DNA of 63,945 bases, filler included, from Sphacelaria rigidula (Eukaryota), in assembly GCA_964200075.2 (NCBI GenBank). It is 3 parts of 3 records of this genome, joined end to end, with 100 filler letters (N's around TTAATTAATTAA, not from the genome) between each part and the next. Parts side by side here need not be neighbours in the genome. Positions count along the whole stretch, not along the records: positions 21,360 to 42,612 come from CAXNAA020000446.1; positions 42,713 to 63,945 come from CAXNAA020000448.1; 1 more part is not named here. One strand, given 5' to 3'. This document shows positions 35,809-47,935 of this stretch, piece after piece. The position numbers and the translations under genes are program-made. The first letter of the stretch is position 1. Every line of letters starts with the position of its first letter. The notes under the pieces are model-generated. The model was not told the DNA's origin. It made no database searches and was given only the letters and a program-made list of their open reading frames with translations.

Positions 35809-36556
35809 CACATCCGGCCATTTAGCCACCACCAATATTTCTCAAGGTTGGTCAACTTTTCGAGCCTCCAGAGGAATCAAACGCCTCCGGAAGGGTGCTC
35901 GGCCCTCCAGAGGAAATTGTATGGTTTCCTCCAGAGGGATTAAACGCCTCCGGAGGCTTGTTTTTGCCTCTGGAGAGTCGCGCACCCTTCCGAAGGCATT
36001 TTGCCACCCCCAAATTCCTCCGGAGGGGTGCGTGACCCTCCAGGTCGGTAGTGTTTAGTTTCCTCCAAAGGGGTCGGAGGCCTCCGGAGGCTTGTTTCGC
36101 CTCGGAGGACTGCGCATTCCTCCGGAGGCATTCTTGGGGGTAGACGAATGGCCCACACGCGACCATTTGGCTACCCCCGAGAATACTCTGTTCCGGTCAA
36201 CTTTTGGAGCCTCTAGAGGAATTAAACGCCTCTAGAGGGTGCGCGGCCGTCTAGAGAGGTGGGATTGAACACCGCGAGAGGATTGTTTTGCCTCTGGAGG
36301 ACCGCGCACCCTCTGAAGGAACTTGGGGGATGCGCAGCCCTCCAGAGCACAATCTTTTTTGTTACTCTCGAAGGATTCAGACCTCAGAAGTCACTGCAGC
36401 GTCAGGCATACCCTCCAGAGGATTCGCGTATGACCGCACCTGGGGATGAAACATTCTCTAGAGGATGTTTTTATCCTCCGGAGGGTCACTTTTCCCTCGA
36501 GATGATGAAAGTCGCGATGGAGGATTTTTATGGGGGTAGCCGAATGGCCGCGTGTG
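35809..36556. mobile_element. Two head-to-tail copies of a MITE-like element (~35809-36153 and 36154-36556) filled with CCTCCGGAGG-type palindromes
   Basis: TIR-like cacacgcgrccatt..gctacccc / gggggtagccgaatggccgcgtgtg. Shared internal gtcaactttt..agcctcyagagg at ~35851 and ~36197. No clear TSD. Confidence 0.65.
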
Positions 36557-36582
36557 CAATCAATCATGCGCGACGACCAGTG

Positions 36583-36760
36583 AATTAATCGATCGATCAA
36601 CCAATCAAGCAAGCAACCAATCAACCGATCAACCAGCCAACCAATCCACTAATCCACCAGTCCGCCAATCAATCACCAACCAACAAGCCAACCAACCAAC
36701 CAATCAATAATTCAATCAATCACTCAATCAGCCAAACAATCAATCAACCAACCAATCAAT
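36583..36760. repeat. Degenerate (CAAT/CAAC)n tetranucleotide microsatellite
   Basis: Read directly; similar tract at ~21748-21845. Confidence 0.9.
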
Positions 36761-36894
36761 CGGTTGTGAAGATTTGCGGTTATCACAACTTCAGCGTACT
36801 GTAAAGGTCTGAATACAAAAAAATGCGGTTGAATCTTCAAGTCGAATGTCGATCTTCGACCGAAGTCTGGTGTAACAAGGCAGCCCTTGCTAGG

Positions 36895-39800
36895 GTAATC
36901 TAAGTCGATCAGGTTCACGGATGTGAACACGGCTTCCCAGTTTCGGTCGCAGGAGAACTTGATAGCTCAGGCAGCAATCGAGCGTGTCACCATGATCGAG
37001 ATATTTGAAAAACGTCCTATTATTATCGCGGTCCCCAGTTACTCTCGGTCCCTAATTTACGCAAGGAGATATGCTCGGCGTTTTAAGCTCTACCGAGGAA
37101 TAAAGGTGGACAACAGTAAGTCAGTAAGTCAGTTTTCAGAAAGAAATCGGAGGGAAACGAGCAAAAAGAGGGGCTGGTTTGACTGCGTTATAGATTTCCG
37201 GTCGCTCGACGTCTAAAAAATCGCTAGGGAAATCACCCGTGCTAATCACCCGCTCGGTAGGGGAATCACCCGTGCTAATCGGCAGCTCGCTATGAAAATC
37301 CGTGGGAAATCACCCGCTATTCTCGGAGTCTTTTTTTCTCGAGTAACTCTTATTCCTGGAACGTACTTCACAAATCGTGCCTACCGGCGAATCTACCTAC
37401 TTGGCAGACTACAGGGTATACTACACGTATTCGTCATCACCCCCGCCAGCTCAACAATTCGGACACGCTACAGTACATGTCTCTGGGTTTTCGGAATCCT
37501 AAGAACCGTTCATCAGAAAACGAGTATGCCCCTCAAAGGTCGTCGAGTCCGATGCTTTGGTGAGGATGTCCGCGTGTTGCTCTCCTGAGTTCACGTGTTC
37601 CACACGGATGATGCCGCTGTCGACGGCATCCCTAACGGCGTGATGTTTAACGTCGATGTGCCTTGACCGTCGGCTGTTGAACCGGTTGTTTGCCATTCCA
37701 ATAGCGCCCTGACTATCCTCATGAAAAGGGATCCCGGTGTCAGCGGGCGGCGCCCTGAAGGATAGTACCTGTCCGAAGAAGCGCAGCTCGTTGGTTGCTT
37801 CTGCGAGCGCCGTGTACTCCGACTCTGATTAAGCCGAAGCGGTGAGCTTCTGTGCCCGGGAGAACCAGCTGATGGCGCCTCCGGCCAGCATGAACGCCAC
37901 TCCTGACACCGAACGCCGGGTATCCGGGCACGTGGCGTGGTCCGCGTCGACCCACGCGGAAACTTGGTGTCGTTTCTGGACGTTTCACCGTTCACGATCA
38001 CGCCGTCTGTGGTGCGCTTCAGGTATTGCATGATCTTCATGACTACTTTCCAGTGTGCCGGTCCCGGGTTGTCGCTGAACTTGGCGACGTTGTGTGCTGC
38101 AAAAGATAGATCGGGCCTTGTCAAGGTGGCAATGCACATCAGTGCTGCTACCGCCTCTCGGTAGGGGGTACTCCGCCTCTCGTTCACTTCGTCTTTGTTT
38201 CCTGGTCCGTCTGTCTTTGAGAGCGCATCTGTTCCAGTAGCGACCGGAATCTTGACCGTTTTGACGATTTTGAAGCGCTCGGTCACTTTCTTTGCGTACT
38301 GACGTTGATCAAGAGTCACCGTTCTAACCTTGCGGTCCCGGATGACGTGGCACCCGAGGTAGTATGAGATTTTCCCTAGATCTTTGATGGTGAAACTCGA
38401 TTGTAGATCTGCGAGGGCCCTTTCTTCGTTCTTTTACGTGGTGCTGATCAGGAGAAGGTCGTTCACGTAGACGACTATGATGACTGCCACGCGGCGTTCT
38501 CGCCTCTTGTGTTAGACGCAGGTTTCGGCTTGCGATCTCTCAAAACCCTTGCGGAGAATTTCTTGGCCAAACGTTTTCGCCCACAGTCGTTCTGCGTGCA
38601 CCAGGCCGTACATGGTTTTGTTGAGTCTTCCCACTTGGCTCATAGACGGACGGTATTCATCGAGTAGTTCAATATTGGTGTCTTCCTCGACGTCCGTCTC
38701 GAGGTAGTGCATCTCTACATCTAGTTGGTGCTCTTCCCAGTTCTGCGTCGCTATGAGCGCAAGTGCCATCCGGATGCTGGACTGCGCCGGTGTGGGAGAA
38801 GAGGATTCGTGGTAGTGAATACCGGGTATCTGGCGAAAACCTTGGGCGACAAATCGGCACTTGTACTTCTCGATCTGACCGTCCTTGTCGATCTTCCTCG
38901 TGAAGACGAGTCTAGTGCCAAGAGCCGTTGTGCCTTTGGGACGGTCTACTGTTTCCCAAACCCTGCAAGAGAGTTGTCCCTTCGCCTCGCCTTGAAGGCT
39001 CCTCGCCACTAAGTCCATTGTGAGGATGATTGTGCCTGTCCCAGTGTTGTTGGTTCCTGCGGTAGCTCGCTTGATAGTGTGACGATAGCTGCTGCTTCCT
39101 CGGCCGTAGCATCCTCCACCTTCCTGGTCTCCATGTCCGCGATCTGAGCTTTCATCATGGAACTGAGCAACGCGGTTAGTCCTCCTCCACGAGTACGTCG
39201 CGGTAGGATGGCTGGAGTTTCTCCCATGTGGTAGCTTGCCAGTTTGCGTACAGCTGCGGTCGTGGGTGTGAGGGTCGTTGAGTTGGGTCTTCTTTCATCT
39301 TCCTGCTCGAATATATCCAGCTCGAGCTCTGACTTTTCGTAGGGGTATTCGGCAATGGTCTCCAAGGTTGTTGAAGTGAACGACCGGCATGAAGGTGCGT
39401 GCTTGTACCCCCCTCCATGGCCTCGTGGCGGTCGGCCCGTCGTGTGCAGGTGGCTTCGAGGGGTGCCAGACAACAGATTTGCGCAGAAGTACCGATCCGG
39501 TGGTGAGATCTCGCACCCGATATGTCAGCCATGGGCAATCCATCGCAGTGCCCAGTAGGATGCACTTGTTTCCGCGCAGGGGTAGCTTGTATGGCGGATT
39601 GTGCCCGCGGAAGTAGCCGACGATGCTGAACGGAAAAATCCTGGCGAGGGAAGGTTTCTGGCTATACCAGAGCTCGTAGGGCATTAGTTCACGACCCAGT
39701 GACAATGTGACGCTCTTGTTGGTCATGTCGCAGGCGTATTGCATACCTTCGGCCCAGAGGCGATCGGATTTCCCTTCCTTGAGGCTGCAAAGCAGGGCGA

Positions 39801-42461
39801 CAGTTTTTCGCGCAGTAGTCCGAGAGCTCTCTCGGCGACCCCGTTGTACTGAGGAGTGTGAGGTGGCGTACGCTCGCGCTTGGTGCCCGGCTTGTTGAGG
39901 AGACCTTGAAACTTCCCCTCGAATTCACCTCCACCGTCAGTACGGATCATGCTGGTCTTGATGCCAGCAGGGGTGATATGCGTGGCGAGGATGTCTTCAA
40001 GTACCGCAGTGGTGTCGTCCTTCTTCCTCAGAAACCGTATGATCTTGAACGGCTGTAGTCGTCGACACACAGCATTGTGTAGTAGCGACTACCGAAAAAC
40101 GATGTCTCCGCGAAGGGTCCGACGAGATCGATGAAGAATCGCCCAGCACGCGTATCAGCGCGCATGTCTGTGGTCTTCGGCACAGCAAAGCGTCGAACTC
40201 GTCATTCGGAGCGCGGGCGCACATGGTCGCCACTCGCCTGTCAGCTGTATGCCGGCCATCTGGATAGTCTCGCGCGTGATCTCCTCGCTGGGGTGTCCGA
40301 GTATTTCGTGGAAAGCCATGATGTCTTGGGCGTCGGGCTTCGAACCAGGCTTCTTGCCAAGCATCGCTTGGTCGTGGCGGTGATGTGTTGGTGGGCTCCG
40401 GCGTGGCAGGGCGGCGTCGAACCTTGATCTCGTGAAGGTCGCTCTCGAAATGGAGCCTTTGAAACGCGAGTGACCTTGGTCCCTGCGGTGGTTTGATGGT
40501 GCTGGCTGCAGGGCACATTTGGAGGGGCGCGTGGAGTGATGTGGATAGTTTTGTCACCGAATGGAGGTTGTGGTTTCTCAGTTGGGGCACATGCGCCACG
40601 CGCTGTAGCTCGAGGCCCTCCGTGGTTTCAGTGAAATCGCCGGTGTCTTGGTCAGCTTCGAGATGTAGCCGACCATATCCGGTGATGGGGGGGAATTTTC
40701 CGTCGGCTGTCTCCACGCGGTCGTTCGTTGCAGTCGTGTGGTAGTCGCGTAGACTAGCGGCTTGACGTCATGTCCTCCGATGCTCTGCTGTCGGCTACCC
40801 AGAATTCGTCGTCTCGATTCTTTTTGGCGATGAGTCCGCCAGTGGTGGAAGTCTTCGCCAGCACTCTGTCGCCAAGGGCGCCTGTCGAGTCCGTAGTCGC
40901 CATCATGCTTTGCTGAAGGCCTTTCGCGCCTGCCTTCTTGGGGCGATTCGGTCACTCGAAAGTCTTGTGTGGTCCTTCGCAATAGAAACATCCCAAGTTG
41001 GGTGTCTTGCGGTCTCCAGCGTTGTTGCATATTGTGGTATTGCCCTTCCGGCGGTTGGCGCTTCGTCCTCGGCGTCAGGTGCGGACGACCGCTTGAAGTT
41101 TGCGACAAGATGTTGCGTCATGCCCGGGCTTAGAGTAGAGAACGCATAAGGAAGCAGGTCTCTCGCTACCCGAGTTCGCAGTTATGAGTGCGTGTGAGCC
41201 TGCAGGAGTCTTTTCCCCCTCGAGACGCTCGAACTGGTTGAGGATCGTGCATTCGATTTCATCTCGATCGGGCCAGTTGGCTGAAGTTTCGAGCATTTGA
41301 GCCTCCGCGTCGTACTGGCTCGTCAGCCCCGATATGATTGCAACGTCGATATCTTTTTCGTCGACGGGCCTTCCGACGCGCTTAAGTTCTCAAACGAGGC
41401 GATCGACTCTAAGTAGGTACTTCCGAGGGTGCTCTCCGAGTTTCATCTTCAAACCGTAAAATTTCATGATGAGCTCTTTACGTTCTTTATACCCACTTGC
41501 GTGGTAGTGTTCCATCAGTCGTCGCCAGGCTTGGCTGGGAGAAACAGAGGACTGTACAGTCTCAAGGGCGATTCCCTTACAATTAGTGATCAGGAAAACC
41601 CACACCTGATTTGTCTTCCTTAGGGAGTCTGGGTTGATGCCGTTGCTGTCAAACTCCTCCTGTCCCACTTTCACTTCTTTTTTCACCGGTGATACTCAGC
41701 ACATCGATGCATCCCAGCGCCGTCAACTGGGCCCGGTGTGCTTGGGACCAGTCGTTCCAGTCTGCAGGTTTCCCGCGGAATTTCCGGAAGTCGATCTTTG
41801 CCTTTGCCTGTCATGGATCCGCTGGTGCGGATCCAGGCATTGGGAGCTGCTGCTGCTGCTGAATTCTGTCAATCAGCACTAGTTGCTGCTGTTCCCCCTG
41901 AGCCTGGACTTGCTGCAGCACTTGTTGTTAAGCCTGCTGTTACTGTTGCATCATCGCTTGTATACCAGTCATGACGTTTGATAGGTTGCCTTCTCCCGAT
42001 TGCGCAACGCTTGACGAACGCGCCTTCATCTCTCTCGATTTCCGTAAAACCCCCAAAAGCTAGTGACTACCTCCATCGGTTGTAAACGATATAACGTGTT
42101 AAAGTATTCTAACTCGATGAGGTTCACGGATGTGAACACGGCTTCCTACTTTCGGACGCTCGAGAATTTGAGAGCTCAGGCAGCAGTCGAGCGCGTCCCG
42201 ATGATCCAGATATTTGAAGAAGGTCTTATTGATAATCAAGATATTTCAAAAACGACCTATTGTTATCGAAGACTGCCTCAAAGATTTCCTATCGCTCGAC
42301 GTCAAGAATATCACTGAGGAAATCACCCGTGCTGATCACCCGCTTGCTAGGAAAATCTGTGGTAATTCGCTCGCTATTCTCGGATTTTTTTTCTCGGATA
42401 ACTCTTATTCCTGGAAGGTACGTCACAAATCGTGCCTACCGGTTAATCTACCTACGTGGCA
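36895..42461 (-). mobile_element. Decayed Ty1/Copia LTR retrotransposon
   Basis: Order gag-PR-IN-RT-RNase H on -. Gag SPSQAWRRLMEHY (41390-41686). Knuckle relic LCVLYSKPGHDATSC. Protease WVADS (~40790). FHEILGHPS (~40300). Integrase IRTDGGGEF...TPQYNGVAER (39723-40070). RT YKCRFVAQGFRQ, QLDV, MYGL, VYVND (38450-39018). RNase H region PYREAV..TRPDLSFA, HIDVKHH, QHADILTK (37499-38319). Diverged direct repeats at ~36895-37406 and ~42105-42461 are the probable LTRs. Many frameshifts. Confidence 0.93.
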
Positions 42462-42508
42462 GCCCTTTGACCGCCAGGCGGGGTGCGTTATCTGTTGAAT
42501 CAGCATCC

Positions 42509-42612
<104 letters not shown>

Positions 42613-42712
42613 NNNNNNNNNNNNNNNNNNNNNNNNNNNNNNNNNNNNNNNNNNNNTTAATTAATTAANNNNNNNNNNNNNNNNNNNNNNNNNNNNNNNN
42701 NNNNNNNNNNNN
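42613..42712. other. Assembly gap with synthetic TTAATTAATTAA linker
   Basis: Same construct as 21260-21359. Confidence 0.97.
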
Positions 42713-43020
42713 GGCTTGAACCTCATCTCGAAGTTAAACCTCAATTCGCACAATTTGTTGTTTAAGGCTGCGCCCCGGCTATGCTGAGTAAGAGAGGCTT
42801 GTAGATAAAACATGATGCTAACCAAACACGTGAGTTCCTAGTCAACAATCTGAACATGGATTAACCTACTCTGTGATAGTCAAGGGTGGATAGCTAGGTC
42901 TGTGTGAAGTTGCCCAGGTGAGAGCTTGGTGGGTTTGCACCATGGTATCTCCTGGCACTCATGCTGAGAGACCCCAGCCAGTACATTAGCTTTCCACTCC
43001 ATATGACAAGAGCTCTAACC

Positions 43021-43165
43021 TGGGGGAAGCCAAAGGTACAGCAGGGAGCAGAGCTTTCACGTGGGGAAAGTCCAAAGGTACAACAGGGAGCAGAGCTTCC
43101 ACGTGGGGAAAATCCAAAGGTACAAAACAGGGAGCAGAGCTTCAACCTGGGGGAATCCAAAGGTG
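43021..43165. repeat. ~42-bp minisatellite, about 3.5 units
   Basis: tgggg.aa.tccaaaggtaca.cagggagcagagctt repeated in tandem. Confidence 0.9.
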
Positions 43166-43409
43166 CTGAAAACTTCAAGATCGGAAATCTGAAAATCGGT
43201 GATCCAACGAGATCGAGCACCAGTTGAAGGGGATACTGTAGCTCCAGTAATCGTATGTAGTGGTCGCCTCAGTAGTTCTTGATCGTCGTCCGATGTAGGT
43301 CGCGCTGTTGTGGTGTCGTAGAAGAGGATCCTGGTGGAGAAGGGAGGGCAGACAATGCTTACGGGGAAAAAATGGGGGTGGGGCGACAGTCACGATAAAG
43401 AAGCGGTGT

Positions 43410-45422
43410 TCAAAGCGGGGCGTGGACATCGTGGGTGTGGTCGATGTTGCGCTGGAGACCGCGGCGAAATCCTTTGGGCTTGAGGCGCTGGAGACACCAG
43501 GATCTGCGTGGTGCACATGGGCTGGTGGTGTATAGTGCTGGCCGAAGTTTGAGCTGTATGGGTCCAGGGTCATCGATGAAGCGCACGATGTATGTGTCGG
43601 CCGAAATCAGGTTAGCGGAGTGGGTCTGACCCAACCACCAGAGGTTGTCGCTACCTTTGAACCAAAGGTAGCTGCCATTGGGCAGGCGTCGCTGGTTCGC
43701 GAAGAACTTCGTCTTACAAGTCTTGGAGGGTACAAGTTCGTAACCATCGGCGACAAAGCGTCGTCCCTGATTGCGGCGAAGTTCGCAGGCTGCTGCGCCA
43801 CGGCGCATGTTGCGATATTTCTTGTTGTGAGAAAGATGCTGATGTTGGGGTTGCGTCCAGTAAAGGAGGATTGCACGGCGGTGCAATTGCAGGTCGGATT
43901 CGCGTTCCCCAGACGCTGTCCGAAGACCGTGCCAGTGTGTCTTATACATGACAGCGATCTTGCCTCCTCGACCACGGGTTATTTGGTGGCCGGAAATGGA
44001 GGACACAGTCAATCGAAGGGGCTGTTCCGTCGCGTCGTCGGTTGTAACGCGGTAGGGCGGGGACTTGGTCGAGTAGCTGTTGAGAACATACTGTGTGAAT
44101 CCGGCAGGCAGATACTTGGGCATGTCACTTGTATCATGCGGGTTCGTGCAAGGTTTGCATCTGTGCACGGAGACGCGGGGCTTAGTGTCTTTGCCCTGGA
44201 AGTCGCGAGGCAAGTCGAGATAGAGCAGTTTGTCACCAACGGGTTTTTCATCTTCTGGTGATGATGACGATGGTCCGACTGTCAGGATCTTGAATGGTCC
44301 TGTCCAATTGAGGGGCAACTTTGTCTTCAAAATTGTTTCGTTGGCTTCTTTACTGGTGCTTTGGCGGATGGTTGACAAACTGTTGTAGATCCAAACCCGA
44401 TCACCAACTGTCCAGTTAGGTCGTTTATGCATGAGGTTGTAGAGAGCAGTGTTGAATCTCTCTAGGTGCGAGGCGTTGATAGCGTGTTGTTCGCGCACGA
44501 GGGTGAACGCTGTGCGTTGTCGTGCATGCGCTAGCTCGTTGTAGGATATCTGATCCTGATCCAATCCTTGGTGGCCGTCGAACGTGTGTCGCTCAAACAC
44601 GGTGATAGGCAGCCGAGGGTTACGTCCAAGATGGAGCTCGTTCGGAGGAAGGCCTGTGGCGGCATTAACCGAGTTGTTGTAGGACAGCATGAAGTGCGAG
44701 AGATGTAGGTCCCAGTCATTTTGGCGGTCATTGACAACCATAGAGAGCATCTGGGCCATGGTGTGATTAACTCTTTCGGGACCATCGTTACCGTTTTGGT
44801 GGTAGGCGCTCGTGGCAATTTTGCGGATGCCCAGGAGCCTGTAAAGCTCATCAGAGATGTCTCAGCAAAATTGCTGACCATTGCCTGAAAGTAGTCGCTT
44901 TGGACAACCGTAGTGCTTAATGTAATCGTTGACCAGTATGTCGGCCGTTCCGGCGGCAGTGAAATCTGCGGCGGTTACCGCGTACACTGACGCGTGGCGG
45001 CTAAAGCGGTCAGTGAAGAGTAAGGTGTAGGTGTTGCCGCGACCTATGGTTGGTAGAGAGCCAAAGTAGTCAAAGGACATAAGGTGGCCGGGCTCGTTGG
45101 GGAGTCCCATAGAGAAGACGGGCCAGCGTACTGTCTGTCGTGAAGTTTTTCGGGCTTGGCATTTAAAGCATCGCCGAATCCAAAAGCAGGTTGAAATTTC
45201 CATGCCAACCCACCAGTAGAAGCGGTCCAAGAGCGCGAGGGTGCGGGTGACGCCCAGGTGACATGGCAAGTCTGTGTGGCAGCCTTTCATGACCCAGGGG
45301 CGTATTAATAATGGCACATCTATGCGCGTTGGTTCGTCATTGAGTAGTCGTGCGGTGCGTCCCGTAGTTGAGGCAGTAATTGCGCCTGTCAAAGGCGTGG
45401 GCCGACGTACGAGTAGTTGCAC
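43410..45422 (-). pseudogene. Gypsy integrase: zinc-binding, core, GPF module, chromodomain and PWWP/Tudor-like tail (frameshifted)
   Basis: CH....CHLGVTRT..FYWW..CFKC, SFDYFG, FTDRFSR, DWDLHL..YNNSVNAATGLPP, WTGPFKI, TVSSISGH..YKTHWHG, GSYLWFK..NLWWLG..YIVRFIDD. Confidence 0.9.
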
Positions 45423-46199
45423 ACCTTCATCCGTAGTAAAAGGGTGCCTTTACGCACAAGCTCGTATACGTCAGAAATAACTGGTGGTCCAGAAGTGTGG
45501 ATGGAAAAGGGACTGGACAGTCAAGTTGTAAGTACCGGATGGCTGCGCGACATAGCGGTTCTGCGTGTTGTTCGCGAGCCCAATCGCGGTGGGAGTAGCT
45601 GGCGAGAAACTCGCGGAGTTGACCTTCCGCTGGCGAGCCGACCAAACATGGTAGGGCAGGCGGCGGGGGAATAGGCGACGGGGCAGAAATGCCGACGTCA
45701 ATATCTGTCCCGGGAGCTGGAGACGAGTCGTCAGTTCCGTGCTCGGGGGCAGGAGATGTTTGCGGCACCGTTATAGGCGGCGGGGTTGTATCAGTGCGCG
45801 GCGAAGATTGCCCACGGCTCGTGGCGCACGGTGCAGAAGGTTTTGCGGAGCTTGCGTATTGGTCCGTGGAACTTGTGCTGGGTGGCTCATAGAGGTTGCA
45901 GGTGTTGTTGGTGGCGGCGGGGCACTCGGTGTGGTGCGGGCGGCAGACCGGGAGCGCGTGTTGTCGGAGATAAGGTGCGTGACTGGAGGTGTCTCCCCGA
46001 AGAGTTTCGCGCGAGTACCGAAAGTGCGGAAATCGACCAAATCGGAGGGAGTGGGCTTCAACCCACCCAAGACGGCGTCATATGGTAGAGGGCAAGGCCC
46101 TCCCAGATGCATACCGGTTTCCGGGCACTGGAGGTCGAGGGCGTAAACGGGCGTTGAAAAACGTCTAATCGCGTGAATTTCAGGTTCATCAGGTTCCGT

Positions 46200-47705
46200 T
46201 CAACGGCAAGCCGGGCTGGAATCTGCGGCCGTAGGAGGCAGAGGTAGGCGGGAAAGAAGGTCAGCGTTCCCGTTGGTTTTGCCTGGACGGTGCTTAATGG
46301 TATACTGGTATGCTGTTAGAAACTCCAACCATCGTTGTACACGAGGGTTGTGTTCACCAACCTTGGCGAGTTGTTCAAGTGCTCTGTGATCCGTATAGAT
46401 CTCGAAGGGCACGTGAAACAGATATTGTCGAAGGCGCTTAATAGCCCAAGTGATTACTCCGCCTCCCAGTTCTAGCGGGCTCCAATTGGCCTCGGTGGGC
46501 AGGGTAGCGCGGCTGATATAAAGGATGGGTCGGACAGAACCATCAACCTGAGGTTGATTCAGAACTCCTCCAAATCCATTTGTGCTGGCGTCAGTGTGGA
46601 GTTGGAAAAGGCGGGATCCATCTTGTACTGCCTCCCAATCAGGAAAGCAAAGTACGGGCTTTTCGGTAAGCGTCTTGAGTAATTGGCGGGTGATATTCTC
46701 CATCTCGGTGGTGAAAGAAAACACGGCTCCTTTCGTGAGTAGCTCAGTAAGGGGGTGAATCCGTTTAGATAAATTCGGCAAAAAAATGTGGTGGTAAGAT
46801 AGCCCGCCCAACAATGAGCGAAGTTGAGAAATGTTGGTTGGCATCGGCAAATCAGTCATCGCCTTGAGTTTGTTTGTTTCCGGATGCAGGCCTGTTGGCG
46901 AAATGGAAAGCCGCAAGAAATCGAAATCAGTCGCACCAAGGCGAGCTTTGGATGGAGACAGTTTTAAATCGTGTGTACGTAGGCGAGAGAGAAATTCTCG
47001 TAAAGTGCGTATATGTGCAATAGGTGAGGTATCAAAAGTGATAGCGTCATCCAGGTACATGATGATGTGCTCGAGGCCCTTGGTGATGCGTTGCATTAAG
47101 CGCTGAAAGCATCCCGGGGCAGTGGCGGCGCCTTGTGTCATTCGAAGCCACTCATAGAGTCCGGACGAGGCACAAAAAGCCGTCGGTGGGACTGTGTCAG
47201 GGTGTATAGTATTCTCAAAAAAATCCAGAAGCGAGGTCGAAGGTGCTAAAAATGTTTCCTTCGCCTAAGGAGTCGAAAACTTCATCAATGCGGGGAATTG
47301 GAAGTTTACCGACTACAGTGACACGGTTCAACCGTTAATAGTTCACGGTTGTGCGTATGTTTCCATCCTTTTTGGGGACGACCACAAGGGGCGAGGCCCA
47401 AGGAGAGGAGGAATCTTGTATTAGCCCCGCTCCCAAATAAGCATCAAGATGGTGTTAACTTTCTTGGTAAGGATCGGGTTTGTTCGGTATGGCCGAGAAG
47501 AAATCGGCGAGACACCGGGTTCGAGAGTAACCTCGAAGGGCAGTGTTTTGCAATGCCCGAGATCCGTCTTGGATCGGGAAAATCGGTCTTGGTACTGTAG
47601 CAGGACATCACTGAGGTCTTGGATGACTGCCGGTTCCCAGCCGGGCCCATGAAGGTCAAAATTGATGTCGCGCATGTGTGGCGGCAGTTGGTTCCACATG
47701 TGCAA
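46200..47705 (-). pseudogene. Gypsy reverse transcriptase and RNase H (frameshifted)
   Basis: PISSRPYR, MTQGA..APGCFQRLM, MYLDDAI, QLRSLLG, LHTDAS, IYTDH, RVQRW, HRPGKTNGNADLLSRLP. Confidence 0.95.
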
Positions 47706-47935
47706 GAAACTATTCCGAGAATCTGGTGATTAGCATTGAAGAACTTCAGCAGGAGGATCGGAATTTGACTGGGCATTTTCCACGGTGTGGACCTGGGGTG
47801 GAGTTGCAGAGGCGAGGTCGAAATAGGGTTCATCGGCGCAATGGACTATCTCCGCCGGAGATGTGACGTTTGGCGCGGCAGGCTCTGTGACGCACGTCTC
47901 GAATGGGATGTGCATCAGGCGAGCAGCGGCGAATC

